Positions 24,499 through 36,324 of a stretch of DNA of 40,670 nt are shown in pieces. The stretch comes from Octopus bimaculoides (taxonomy: Eukaryota), in contig NC_068981.1 in assembly GCF_001194135.2 (NCBI RefSeq), forward strand, positions 111,672,562 through 111,713,231. Reading direction: 5' to 3'. The position numbers were made by a program, and so were the translations under genes. The notes beneath the pieces are model-generated. The model saw only the letters and a list, made by a program, of their open reading frames with translations. It made no database searches and had not been told where the DNA came from. Within the stretch, counting starts at the first letter, position 1. The number at the start of each line of letters is the position of its first letter.

Positions 24499-24965
24499 TC
24501 ATCATCATCATACATCCATTTCCCATGCTGGCATGGGTTGGATGGTTTGATAGGAGCTGGCCAGCCAGGGAGCTGCACCAGGCTCCAGTTGTCTATTTTG
24601 GCATGGTTTCTATGGTTGGTTGCCCTTCCTAAAGCCAGCAAATTTACAGAATGTACTGGGTGTTCTTATGTGACATTGGCACAGGTGCTTTTACGTGGTA
24701 CCGGCATGGGTGCTTTTTACATTGCACCAGCAGTGGTGTTATTTATGCGGTACCAGCATAGGTGATTTTTACATGGCACCAGGACGGGTGCTTTTACATG
24801 GTATCAACACCTGCGAGCTCATTCTCTATGTCAACAAAAGCCAAGTACAGAGATTTATTTTTGGCTAAATACTTCTGCTGCAGTTGCCTCATGAAGATAC
24901 CATTAATAATGATTCCACCTGGCATAAAAAACAATCAGCGTCTCATCTAGGCTAACTTGTTTCCT
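24499..24965 (-). mobile_element. RTE 3' end joined to an RT fragment (large internal deletion)
   Basis: (CAT)n tail and 3' UTR, then RQLQQKYLAKNKSLYLAFVDIE-like sequence on the minus strand. Confidence 0.75.
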
Positions 24966-25031
24966 AATTAGTTGAGCTTTCTATAACTTTCATTCTTATA
25001 TAGATACAAAAAGTATATATATATATATATA

Positions 25032-25849
25032 TTTCTCAAGATTCTATTTATACCATTCAATATTTAATGTGTTTATGCGACAGAAATCCCCAAACCTACC
25101 TCTCTATTCTCCCTCGTGCTGGCATAANNNNNNNNNNCCCTCTGTTTTTACTCTGTCTCTTTCGATATCTGCTTTTCTCTGTCTCTCTTGATCCCCGTTG
25201 CTTGCAATCTCTCTTCTCATACCTATTTGCATTGACCCCTCGCTTCGTCCACCAGGCCTATAAAACTATAGCGCGTGCGACCGAAATACCTCTGCAGCAA
25301 TGGCCTCGAATTTCTTCACTTGTTCATTGAACTACTCCCAAATTAATACGACCATAGAAGCATGTAGAGATGAGTTCTGTCTTTCTCACCTGAATTGTAC
25401 TTTTCTATGTATTTTTGCTCCGATTCGTAATATCTTATTTAGTGCTCAAATTCGTTTTCAGTAGTCCCTAACGGTGTTGTCACACTCATTCATTTATTCA
25501 AGTTTTTCAGTTTTAATTTCCTCACATAGTCACCTATCTCTATAATTCTGTCTTAGACTTAGCTGGCCGAAAACCCTTATTTCTCAAAATTCTATTTATA
25601 CCACTCAATATTTAATGTGTCTATGCGACAGAAATCCCCAAACCAACCTCTCTATTCTCCCTCGTGCTGGCATACCCCCCCCCCTCTGTTTTTACTCTGT
25701 CTCTTTCGATATCTGCTTTTCTCTGTCTCTCTCGATGCCCCTCGCTCGCAATCTCTCTTCTCGTACCTATTTGCATTGACCCCTCGCTTCGTCCACCAGG
25801 CCTATAAAATTATCGCGCGTGCGACCGAAATACTAGTGCAGCAATGGCC
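25032..25849 (+). repeat. Pair of diverged direct repeats of about 270 bp (25032-25306 and 25580-25849) with a unique spacer
   Basis: Scattered substitutions between the copies. Each copy has a CCTATAAAA TATA-like motif near its 3' end. Confidence 0.85.
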
Positions 25850-26028
25850 TTGGTGATACGTAAAAGCACCCACTACATTCTCGGAGTCGTTGGCGTTAGG
25901 AAGGGCATCCAGCTGTAGAAACTCTGCCAAATCAGATTGGAGCCTGGTGTAGCCTTCGGGTTCCACCAGTCCTCAGTCAAATCGTCCAACCCATGCTAGC
26001 ATGGATAGCGGACGTTATATGATGATCA

Positions 26029-26030
<2 letters not shown>
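25850..26030 (+). mobile_element. RTE distal 3' UTR with (GAT)n tail
   Basis: Matches 970-1158. Confidence 0.85.
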
Positions 26031-26073
<43 letters not shown>

Positions 26074-26131
26074 TAAAAAAAAGACTAAATATATTCAGAA
26101 GATAAATTCATATGTACAAGCATATAGATTT

Positions 26132-26392
26132 TATTTCATTTAACGTCTGCTTTCCATGCTGACATGGGTTTGATGGTTTGCCTGAAACTGGTAAGCCAGA
26201 GAGCTGCACCAGGTTCCACTCTGATTTTGCATGGTTTCGATGGCTTGATGTCCTTCTTAATGCAAACCACTCCAAAAGTGTAATGGGTGCTCTTTATGTG
26301 CCACCAGCATAGATGCCATTTACATGACACTGGTGATGGCCACAACTTACGATTTTACGAGTGCCATTCACATGACACTGGGAATATATTAA
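26132..26392 (-). mobile_element. RTE distal 3' UTR fragment
   Basis: Reverse-complement match to the same 3' UTR. Confidence 0.8.
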
Positions 26393-26918
26393 CAAATAAA
26401 TTAATTTTTACATGGAGTATAAAAAATACAAAAAACTAAAGGAATGCATCATATTTTAACTCAACAGCTTTTTTCTTGGAGCTTGGAATTACGTAATAGT
26501 TGTAATCTTCATAATTAGCAGATGAAATTTGCAAAATGCCATGGATATGCAACCAGTAGATGGTTGCACAGACATTACTGTAATATCAGCTTCCTTGGTC
26601 AGGCACAGAAATTGGCAGATATCAGTTCACATCATAGTGCAAGAGATTTAAAGGTTGAATGGGAGAAGAGGAAGACAGGAGTAAAAGGCAGGGAGAGGGA
26701 GGATGCAGGCAACTTAAGGAGGGGGAGTGGTGAAGAAGATGAAGAGCAAGAAGAGATAAGAAATATGATGTAGGGAGAGGGAAGGTGAGGTAAGTAATCT
26801 GGGGGGGGGGTGAAGGATAATTAAATAGAAGTAAAAGTGGTGAGTCGGAGGATGGAGGGAAGGGACGAAATAGGTCAGTATTGTGAAAGGAAATGCTGTT
26901 AGTGATATATGTCCTTAA

Positions 26919-28835
26919 CCCTTTCGTTACTAAGCCGGCCGTAGCCAACCAAAAAATTTTTTGGTTCATAAGACCAACCCGGCTGTAGCTGGCCGAGAGT
27001 ACCCATTGTTATTTAAATGTAAATTTGAACCCAAATCTCGGTAGTACATTCGTTAAAGCACATGATTTCACTTTGCAAACAGTTGAGTTATTGTATCCTA
27101 CATTGTTTGGCGTGATATTTGAACTCAGTGAATTTTGGAAGATTTTTTTCTACATTTTTTGCGGCGTTAATTTTTTTCCACTTTGAAGATGGAGAGGAGT
27201 TTTATGCTATCAAGCAGTGATTCCAAATTTGAAAGATTTTCAACAGAAGATATGGAGATATCAAAGAAAAGAATGAATGAGCTGCAAACGCATGTGGTGA
27301 ACGTTAATGAATCGGACATTTCTGTATCCGAAACCGAAAGCAGCGATTCTGAAGAAACTGAAAGCGGCGACATCAACAGCGAGGATGATTTTACACCAGA
27401 ATGGAGTAAAAATTTTTTTAATGTTTTTATTAACAATTTTTCTGAGGAGACAAGGTCTACCCATAGTCTTTCTCTGGAAGTGAAACCTTTAGACTTCTTT
27501 TTCTTATATTTTCCAGCATGCTTGTTTGAAATGATTACTGTGGAAACAAACCGTTACGCAGAATGTAGACAAACCGGAATAAAAGATAGCTTGCGGTTTC
27601 CCACAACCGTAGATGAAATACGGGCAATTTTTGCCATAAATATTATTATGGGTATTAGACAGTTACCCAGAATAACAAATTACTGGAACAATCAGGAACC
27701 TTTTGGCGATGAATATGTTTCCAGTATTATGACCCGAATACGATTTGTGAAGCTGAACCAATATTTACATGTGAGAGACACTAGCCGTACTCCAGTACGT
27801 GGAGAACCAAGCTTTGATCCCTTATTTAAAATAAGACCCCTCATCGACTGCGTTCAAAATGCATATAAAACATTTTACAAGCCTGCATGTAAAACATTTT
27901 ACTTATCCGTCGATGAGGGCATGGTGGGGTATAAAGGAAGAGTACGCTTCCTACAGTATATGCCAGAAAAGCCCACAAAATGAGGGATCAAAATTTGGAA
28001 AATTTGTGAGGCAAATACTGGGTACTGCTGTGGATTTAGCTTTTATACAGGAAAAAGAGACAATAATGTTAGTCAGCATGGCCTAGGGTACGATGTGGTC
28101 TGGATTTTATCACTTCCATACCATAACCAGGGCCGTATATTATTTTTTGACCAATTTTTTAGTTCGGTCAAACTTGTGGTGGATTTAGAAGCTGTGACAA
28201 TGTAAACGTGTGCTACAGTAATTGCTAGTAGAAAAGGGCTGCCGTTGGATATAAAAAAAGCAAAATTTTTTTTAAAAAGTGGTGAAATAATCCAATGGCA
28301 GAAAAGAAATCTGCTAGCAACCGCATGCAGAGATAAGAGGCAGATAAATTTTCTATCTACCAGTGCACAACCATGTGTAGATGAAAATGGCACCCTGTTT
28401 TTGAACTTTGATTATAACCAGTGTGGATCGGCTGAACCAGATGATGAGTTATTATCTGGTTGGTAGACCGGGTAAATAAATGGTGGCGATACCTGGTTTG
28501 GTATATAGTAAACATGAGCATTGTAAATGCATTCATATTATATACCAAATCAGGAGGAGTTCGCAAGCAGTGCGACCATCTGCAGTTCCGAGCAGATGTT
28601 GCAACGCAGTTGAGGGCAGGTTATTCCTCCAAAAAAATAACTGCAGGAAGGAAAAGCAAAGCCTGCCAGAGAAATATCCCTCTGAGTTCAGCTGATCTAC
28701 ATAAATTAGAAAAAATCGGGGGTCGCAAAAGGTAGTGCCATGAATGTCTACATCAACAAAGAAAAACTCCCAGTGGACAGCCAGTTGAAACGTCTTTCCA
28801 ATGTGCATTCTGCAAATTCTGGTGCCTCAAACATT
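26919..28835 (+). mobile_element. piggyBac transposon (left end plus PGBD4-like transposase pseudogene 27183-28835); right end not seen
   Basis: TTAA|CCCTTTCGTTAC left terminus. Acidic N-terminus, LSVDEGM (D1), QYMPEKPTK*GIKIW, LFFDQFFSS (D2), decayed DYNQ..D (D3), KWWRYL and a Cys-rich CHEC..CAFC tail. Confidence 0.9.
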
Positions 28836-29594
28836 TTAAGTATCACATTTAATCTTTTGATTAAATCTATATTATTATACATACAGCAAAAATTTAGATT
28901 CAGAAGAATATGGTACTTAAGTTAAGGCACCAAAATTTAGTATGGTATTATCCATACAATTTCAAAATAAGGTGATTAAAATCAAAAAAAGCAGCAAGGA
29001 TATCCAGAGATATAAGCTGAAGTGAAGACAGCATGTTCTTTGTCTATCTCCTTACCTTCGTGGAGATTTTAGGTAAAATTATANNNNNNNNNNNNNNNNN
29101 NNNNNNNNNNNNNNNNNNNNNNNNNNNNNNNNNNNNNNNNNNNNNNNNNNNNNNNNNNNNNNNNNNNNNNNNNNNNNNNNNNNNNNNNNNNNNNNNNNNN
29201 NNNNNNNNNNNNNNNNNNNNNNNNNNNNNNNNNNNNNNNNNNNNNNNNNNNNNNNNNNNNNNNNNNNNNNNNNNNNNNNNNNNNNNNNNNNNNNNNNNNN
29301 NNNNNNNNNNNNNNNNNNNNNNNNNNNNNNNNNNNNNNNNNNNNNNNNNNNNNNNNNNNNNNNNNNNNNNNNNNNNNNNNNNNNNNNNNNNNNNNNNNNN
29401 NNNNNNNNNNNNNNNNNNNNNNNNNNNNNNNNNNNNNNNNNNNNNNNNNNNNNNNNNNNNNNNNNNNNNNNNNNNNNNNNNNNNNNNNNNNNNNNNNNNN
29501 NNNNNNNNNNNNNNNNNNNNNNNNNNNNNNNNNNNNNNNNNNNNNNNNNNNNNNNNNNNNNNNNNNNNNNNNNNNNNNNNNNNNNNNNNNNNNN

Positions 29595-29682
29595 TAGCTA
29601 GCTATGTGACACATGAATCTGTGTCCATTATAACCGTCAAGGGTTATAATGGACACAGATTCGTGTGTCACATAGCTAGCTA
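29595..29682. repeat. Near-perfect palindrome (41-bp arms, 6-nt loop)
   Basis: 29595-29635 pairs with 29642-29682, with one non-Watson-Crick (G-T) position. Confidence 0.9.
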
Positions 29683-29812
29683 GAGGCGATGGCCTCTTGG
29701 AGCTAATCAACGGCAGCATTCGTCCTATTTTTTGAACTGCCATGTTGGCTTGGCGATGACTATTAATATCCAGTACCGCTGCCGTAGTCTCCTTTAGAGA
29801 GACTTAGAAATA

Positions 29813-29847
<35 letters not shown>

Positions 29848-30357
29848 CAAATTTACAGGGAACAGAAGACGAAGACAGGTGAGAGAACAACAAGCAGGTG
29901 TATTAGTTTAACACTCAGGAAGAATGGAAAAGTTTTTAACATTTTGAGCCTATTGTTCAGATATTTCTTAATGTGAAACCAATGGTAACCTTAATACACA
30001 AATAAAATATGTATGAAGATATATATATAGATATATATATACACACACATACACATATATATATGTGTATGTACATACATGCATTGTGTGTGCATGTGTA
30101 TATGTATGCATAGGTATATATGTACATGTGTATGTATAGAGGTGTTTTTTAGACATATATTTTGTGTGTATATAAGTTGATGCATTGTTAAACTGGTATG
30201 TGTGTGCTGTATGCACTAATTGTAGTAAAATATTTAAATGGATGCAGGATATACGACATAAGTGCAAACTTTGGTTATCTAAGGTATATTTGTGAAGGTA
30301 ATACTTCCTCTCGGTTCCTCTTTCTTTCTCTGTTTTCTTCTCATCTGCTATGGCCCC

Positions 30358-31790
30358 CATCATCATCATCATCGTTTAATGTCCGCTTTCCATGCTAGCA
30401 TGGGTTGGACGATTTGACTGAGGACTGGTGAAACCGGATGGCAACACCAGGCTCCAATCTAATTTGGCAGAGTTTCTACAGCTGGATGCCCTTCCTAACG
30501 CCAAACACTCAGAGTGTAGTGGGTGCTTTTACGTGTCACCCGCACGAAAACGGCCACGCTCGAAATGGTGTCTTTTATGTGCCACCNNNNNNNNNNNNNN
30601 NNNNNNNNNNNNNNNNNNNNNNNNNNNNNNNNNNNNNNNNNNNNNNNNNNNNNNNNNNNNNNNNNNNNNNNNNNNNNNNNNNNNNNNNNNNNNNNNNNNN
30701 NNNNNNNNNNNNNNNNNNNNNNNNNNNNNNNNNNNNNNNNNNNNNNNNNNNNNNNNNNNNNNNNNNNNNNNNNNNNNNNNNNNNNNNNNNNNNNNNNNNN
30801 NNNNNNNNNNNNNNNNNNNNNNNNNNNNNNNNNNNNNNNNNNNNNNNNNNNNNNNNNNNNNNNNNNNNNNNNNNNNNNNNNNNNNNNNNNNNNNNNNNNN
30901 NNNNNNNNNNNNNNNNNNNNNNNNNNNNNNNNNNNNNNNNNNNNNNNNNNNNNNNNNNNNNNNNNNNNNNNNNNNNNNNNNNNNNNNNNNNNNNNNNNNN
31001 NNNNNNNNNNNNNNNNNNNNNNNNNNNNNNNNNNNNNNNNNNNNNNNNNNNNNNNNNNNNNNNNNNNNNNNNNNNNNNNNNNNNNNNNNNNNNNNNNNNN
31101 NNNNNNNNNNNNNNNNNNNNNNNNNNNNNNNNNNNNNNNNNNNNNNNNNNNNNNNNNNNNNNNNNNNNNNNNNNNNNNNNNNNNNNNNNNNNNNNNNNNN
31201 NNNNNNNNNNNNNNNNNNNNNNNNNNNNNNNNNNNNNNNNNNNNNNNNNNNNNNNNNNNNNNNNNNNNNNNNNNNNNNNNNNNNNNNNNNNNNNNNNNNN
31301 NNNNNNNNNNNNNNNNNNNNNNNNNNNNNNNNNNNNNNNNNNNNNNNNNNNNNNNNNNNNNNNNNNNNNNNNNNNNNNNNNNNNNNNNNNNNNNNNNNNN
31401 NNNNNNNNNNNNNNNNNGCCCAGATAGCGGAAGCTATCGATTACCTCTAGTTTTTCACCCTGGAATGAGATAGAAGTTGTTTCCTGTTTGTTTACAGTCT
31501 TTATTGCACCTGAACATCTGCCACATACAAAAACTAAGTTCCTAGTTAACCTTCCTTTGATATTGCTGCACCTCTTATGTGTCCATAGCTTGCACTCGGT
31601 ACATCTTATAGAGTTACTACCTACTCCTTTTCTACATACTGAGCAGGGCCATCTACCTGAAGGGGTTTGTGTTTTATCTACCTTCCTACTTATTAGGATT
31701 TTGGTTTTAGCTAGGTTGACTCTAAGGCCCTTCAATTCTAGACCTTGCTTCCACACCTGAAACTTCTCCTCTAGTTCTGATAGTGACTCC
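30358..31790 (-). mobile_element. RTE LINE, 5'-truncated in the RT, spanning gap 30586-31417
   Basis: (CAT)n tail and 3' UTR. Open frame WKQGLELKGLRVNLAKTK..WPCSVC..CTEC..H..C..CGRC..FRYLG. Confidence 0.92.
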
Positions 31791-32052
31791 CCAATTGATC
31801 CATAAATAATTATAAGTCTGTGAAATTTTATAGTTTCTGACCTCTGCCCTTAGAATGTTACATTCCCATCAATCCAATTGTTCTATTAGCAAATTCACTT
31901 GTTTTGTTAAGCACTTCAAATTCTCTACATACCATATGATTATTTGTTTAAAATCACCTGATGCAGGTAGATTTTTTGCATAATGTAATTGAATTATTCA
32001 TCAATTAAAAAAAAATGCTTCTGAAACAGCTGTTGTGAATTTTTAAACACCA

Positions 32053-33039
32053 GAAATATTCTTTATGTTGCATGTCTCGTTTCTCTGTTTTTTTCATTGT
32101 TCGAAAAAAAAAAAAGAAGTTCGTTTTCTGTCTTCGTCTTTATGTTTTTGTTTCTCATTGTGTTTAACGTTTTTTGTGGTGTCCTGTACTCATATATGCA
32201 TCTATGTATACATATAGTTGTAGGTATGTACATATATGTATGGATATATACATATAGTTATATATTATTTATGTTATTATATGATCGAACGCCATGCACT
32301 GTCTCCAAGTAAGTTTTATCGTAATTTCTACTGCACACTCTACTACTATTACTATTACTTCCCTGTCTATCTCTCTCCCTCTCTTGTTCTTCATCCTTTG
32401 TTTTTCTCTCCCAACCCTCCCCATTTCTTCTCTTCCTTTCACCGTTCCCTCTCTCTCACTCCTCCTCTTTGACCCTCGTCGCTGACACGGGACGAAAGGG
32501 ATTCTTTCTTTCTACTTCCTGCCTTCCTATAGAGAAGACGTGAATTTTTTTGTCTTTCATTCACATCTAACCTCGCGTTCAAAATAATAATTTTTCTATC
32601 GTCTTGGCCTAACAGTCCTTACCGTTTGTTTTCACTGTTCTGTCTTGTTTTTACTGTCTTGTTCTCACTGTCCTGTTCTTGTTTACACTTTCACTCTCCT
32701 CAAAAAATTCCATATTTAATTTAATTTGCTTTGTGGGAAGGACTGTTCCAACGATGTCATGTATTGTCCTTGCCTTCGAAACGCTGAGTAGATGGAACAG
32801 GGACAACTGAAGAAGGGAAATATTCTTTATGTTGCATGTCTCGTTTCTCTGTTTTTTTCGTTGTTCGAAAAAAAAAAAGAAGTTCGTCTTCGGTCTTCAT
32901 CTTTATGTTTTCGTTTCTCATTGTGTTTAATGTTTTTTGTGATGTCCTGTACCCATATATGCATGTATGTATACATATAGATGTAGGTATGTACATATAT
33001 GTATGGATATATGCATATAGTTATATATTATTTATGTTA

Positions 33040-33073
<34 letters not shown>

Positions 33074-33345
33074 TAAATAAAAAAGATATATATATATGCA
33101 TATCTACATACATATATGTACATGCCTACATATATAAGTATATATACATGCATATATGGGGGTACAGGACATCAAAAAAACGAGAACATAAAAAAACAAA
33201 AGAACATGGGAAACGAACTTTTTTTTTCCGGACAGCGAAAGAAACAAATAGAGAAACAAGACAGGCAACATAAAGAACAATCCCTTCATCAGTTGTCCCC
33301 TGTTTTATCTACTCTGCGTTTTGAAGGTTGGGACAAGATGTGATG
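32053..33345. repeat. Repeat cluster: two direct copies (32053-32280 and 32817-33040) and one inverted copy (33083-33345)
   Basis: Shared gaaatattctttatgttgcatgtctcgtttctctg...gtcctgtac..tatgtatacatatag segment. The copies are diverged, not identical. Confidence 0.85.
32757..32817 (+). ncRNA. Candidate permuted hammerhead ribozyme
   Basis: UCAUGUA-UUGUCCUUG-CCUUC-GAAA-CG(C)UGA-linker-CAGGGACAA-CUGAAGA-AGGG. 9-bp stem I, 6-bp bulged stem III, weak stem II. See findings. Confidence 0.45.
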
Positions 33346-35263
33346 TTCGTCACTAGATCTATGTTAGGAATTCCTTGGTGCACACTGAATATAGTAGAAA
33401 TAGCATGCTCTGTTTGGACAGTAATAAGACACACACAACCCAACAACGCCCTTTCTAGGAGGTGCAGACTATGCTCAGAGGAATCTCTGTCCATTTTATT
33501 AATAAGAGTAAAGATTATTAACAAACTGTCAGATCAAATAGCATGTTGCATGCCTGCAAAGAGATGCACATTCACCCATTACAATAGACAGAATTCAGCA
33601 CCATCACAGCTATAATTAGCATATATGGAGTACCCCATCACAGCCTTAATTAGCATACATGAGGTACCTGGATTTCTAATCAAATGCATATTGTGATATG
33701 ACATCACAAAGTACTCCTAGGAACCACAATATGGTATAGTACTTGCCTGTTCACTGTCCTGTACAAACACTTACCTATATCCCCACATACCACCCTCTAA
33801 CTGACAAATACACCACTACCCATACTTTTTCTTCACCATCTTAAATAATCATGCACTTTATCCTTATATTCTAGTTTTTAGTGATGAACATACCACCACA
33901 TACGATGCATGCTTAAATGTCCAGAATATACACGTTTATCCTTACATTATGTTTTTCCTTGGGACAGTCACACCACTACTCATGCACAAAGTTGTAGGAT
34001 ACTACCCTACTGACTTTGAGGTTTTCCCATGGAACGCGTCACCTAATAGGAACCTAACTCCACCAGCACCCATGGTCTTGTGGCACCAGTTATTTAGGTA
34101 ATAAGTGTCAACATACCATTATTAATAGATGCTCCTATGAGAAACTACACACATGAAAGACCAGCTGATCTGAACATTAGCTAAACACATATAATTATCA
34201 CTACATTGACAGTGTTATATGTTGTATTGTTCTACTGTCCCATTGTCTTATCTAACTGTGGTCTTTCCACTGGACACACAGTTGTAAGTAACCCTATCTG
34301 AAAAGGTAGACTCATATATGTATGTACATAAGTGTAGATCTGTCTATATGAACAATATTAATGCACCAACTTGTTCTTTTCATATGTATGTACCTGGGGT
34401 GTGTGTCATGCTTACTTCAAAGGAAGAAGTGAGTAGCAAAGCGAGAGAGAGGACAGGAAGTAAGAGAGACAGTGAGTGGTGATGGTGTTTGTTTTGTCTT
34501 TTTAAATGTTTCAGAGAGAAGTAAGAAAGTGAGAGAGAAAGAGAGAGAGTGAAAGAGACAGTGAGTGGTGACAGGGTCACAAGAAAAGTAGATACATAGA
34601 TCAAAAGAAAAGTTGATACATAGATACATACACACATTGTTAAATTAAAAGCGGAAGAGAGGAGGGACACAAAGAAAGTGAAAGAGAAAGAGAGAAAGTG
34701 AGAGAGACAGTAGATACATAGATCGAAAGAAAAGTTGATACTTAGATACATAGACACAGCAAATATTAGATGTCAGTTTCACTTTTCATTTCCACATGAG
34801 GATAAAATTAACTTGCAAGTGGCTGAGTACTCCACAGACATGCATATCATTAACATAGTTCTCAGAGAGATTCAGCCTCACACAGAATATGACAAGGCTG
34901 ACCCCTTTGAATTACAGCTACAACTCATTTTGACCAGCTGAGTGGACTGGAGCAAGATAAACCTTCAAGTGGTTGGAAGAAAATGAAAAAAAGATCCTAT
35001 ATAGGGGTAGGAAAATCTTTTTAGTCGTCAGGGTCACTGTGGGTGTTGATCTGGTCCTAACAACGGCATTTGTGGGCCTCAGATCTAGAGGCCAAAATCA
35101 CTGATGCGCAGGCTGTTGTTATCAAACTGAGCATGAGTCGAGGGTGGATACATGACAGAATAGCAATTATTTCATTTTAGCTTTTACTACTTATACTAAA
35201 CACATGACATTTTTGCCTTATGATATGGAACATTTCCTTTCCTTTGACTCTTTTTTAAAAATG

Positions 35264-35580
35264 GTATTCCATCGGTTATGATGATGAAGTTCCTGTTTAT
35301 CTGATCAACGAACAGTCTGCTTGTAAAATTAACATGCAAGTGGCTGAGTACTCCACAGACATACATGCCATAAGGTAGTTCTCAGGAACATTCAGCCTCA
35401 CACAGACTGTGACAAGGCTGGCCTCTTTGAATTACAGCTACAACTCTTTTTTGCCAACTGAGTTGACTGCAGCAAGGTGAAGTAAAGTACCTTGCTCAAA
35501 AACACACTGTGCTGCAGGGAATCGCACTCCTGACTTTACGATCATGGGCTGAATACCTCTAACCACTGAACCATGCACCT
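35264..35580 (-). mobile_element. SINE family B, full length (partial copy also at 34810-34960)
   Basis: Reverse complement of 3154-3450, with head AGGTGCATGGTTCAGTGGTTAGAGG at 35580. Confidence 0.8.
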
Positions 35581-35951
35581 TCACTCTCTTAATCACAGAG
35601 AAAAGGAGTGAAGTGACAGAGAAATGAAAGCCTCAGTCATTTACAATGACAATTAGACTGAAATATGATCAATCTTTTCTAGCTTCTTTACTTTTGACAA
35701 TGAAGAAGAGGGAAAGACATTTAGTAATGAAGAGAGGGAAAATCTTTCAGGTGCTAATGTTTTTATTCTGGGAGTTCTGGAATGATTGAGTGGTAGTTCT
35801 CTCTTTTTTCCCCCACCCCTGGTACTTATTTGCCTTTGATAGATTTTCATGTCTTTTAGTTGNNNNNNNNNNTGTAGACTCGGACCAACCAAAGCCTCAT
35901 GAGTGAATTTGGTAGACGGAAACTGAAAGAAGCCCATCATGTATATATATA

Positions 35952-36312
35952 TACTCTTTACTCTTTTACTTGTTTCAGTCATTTGACTGCGACCACGCTG
36001 GAGCACCATCTCTAGTTGAGGAAATCGACCCCAGGACTTATAGTTTGGATGCCTAGTACTTATTCTATCGGTCTCTTTTGCCAAACTGCTAAGTTACAGG
36101 GACATAAGCACACCACCATCAGTTGTCAAGCAATGTTGGGGGGACAAACACACACACACACGCACACACATATATATATGACGGGCTTCTTTCAGTTTCC
36201 GTCTACCAAATCCACTCACAAGGCTTTGGTCAGCCCGAGGCTATAGTAGAAGACACTTGCCCAAGGTGCCACGCAGTGGGAATGAAGAAACATGTGGTTG
36301 GTACTTACCACA
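35952..36312 (-). mobile_element. SINE family A, near full length
   Basis: Homologous to 18201-18590. Another fragment lies at 35875-35945 next to the gap. Confidence 0.88.
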
Positions 36313-36324
36313 CAATAATATTTT

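Noticed and set aside
29636-29650. AAGGGTTA as a possible piggyBac right end
   Set aside because: It is not complementary to the left TIR beyond GGG, lacks TTAA, and lies at the palindrome centre.
33309-33615. Overlapping ORFs of 71 and 95 aa, including SVHQG resembling RT motif B
   Set aside because: No other RT motifs in frame and no splice support.
34400-34760. Repeated GAGACAGTGAGTGGTGA and TAGATACATAGATC units
   Set aside because: Low-complexity purine-rich simple-repeat expansion with no constant repeat/spacer periodicity. Not CRISPR-like.
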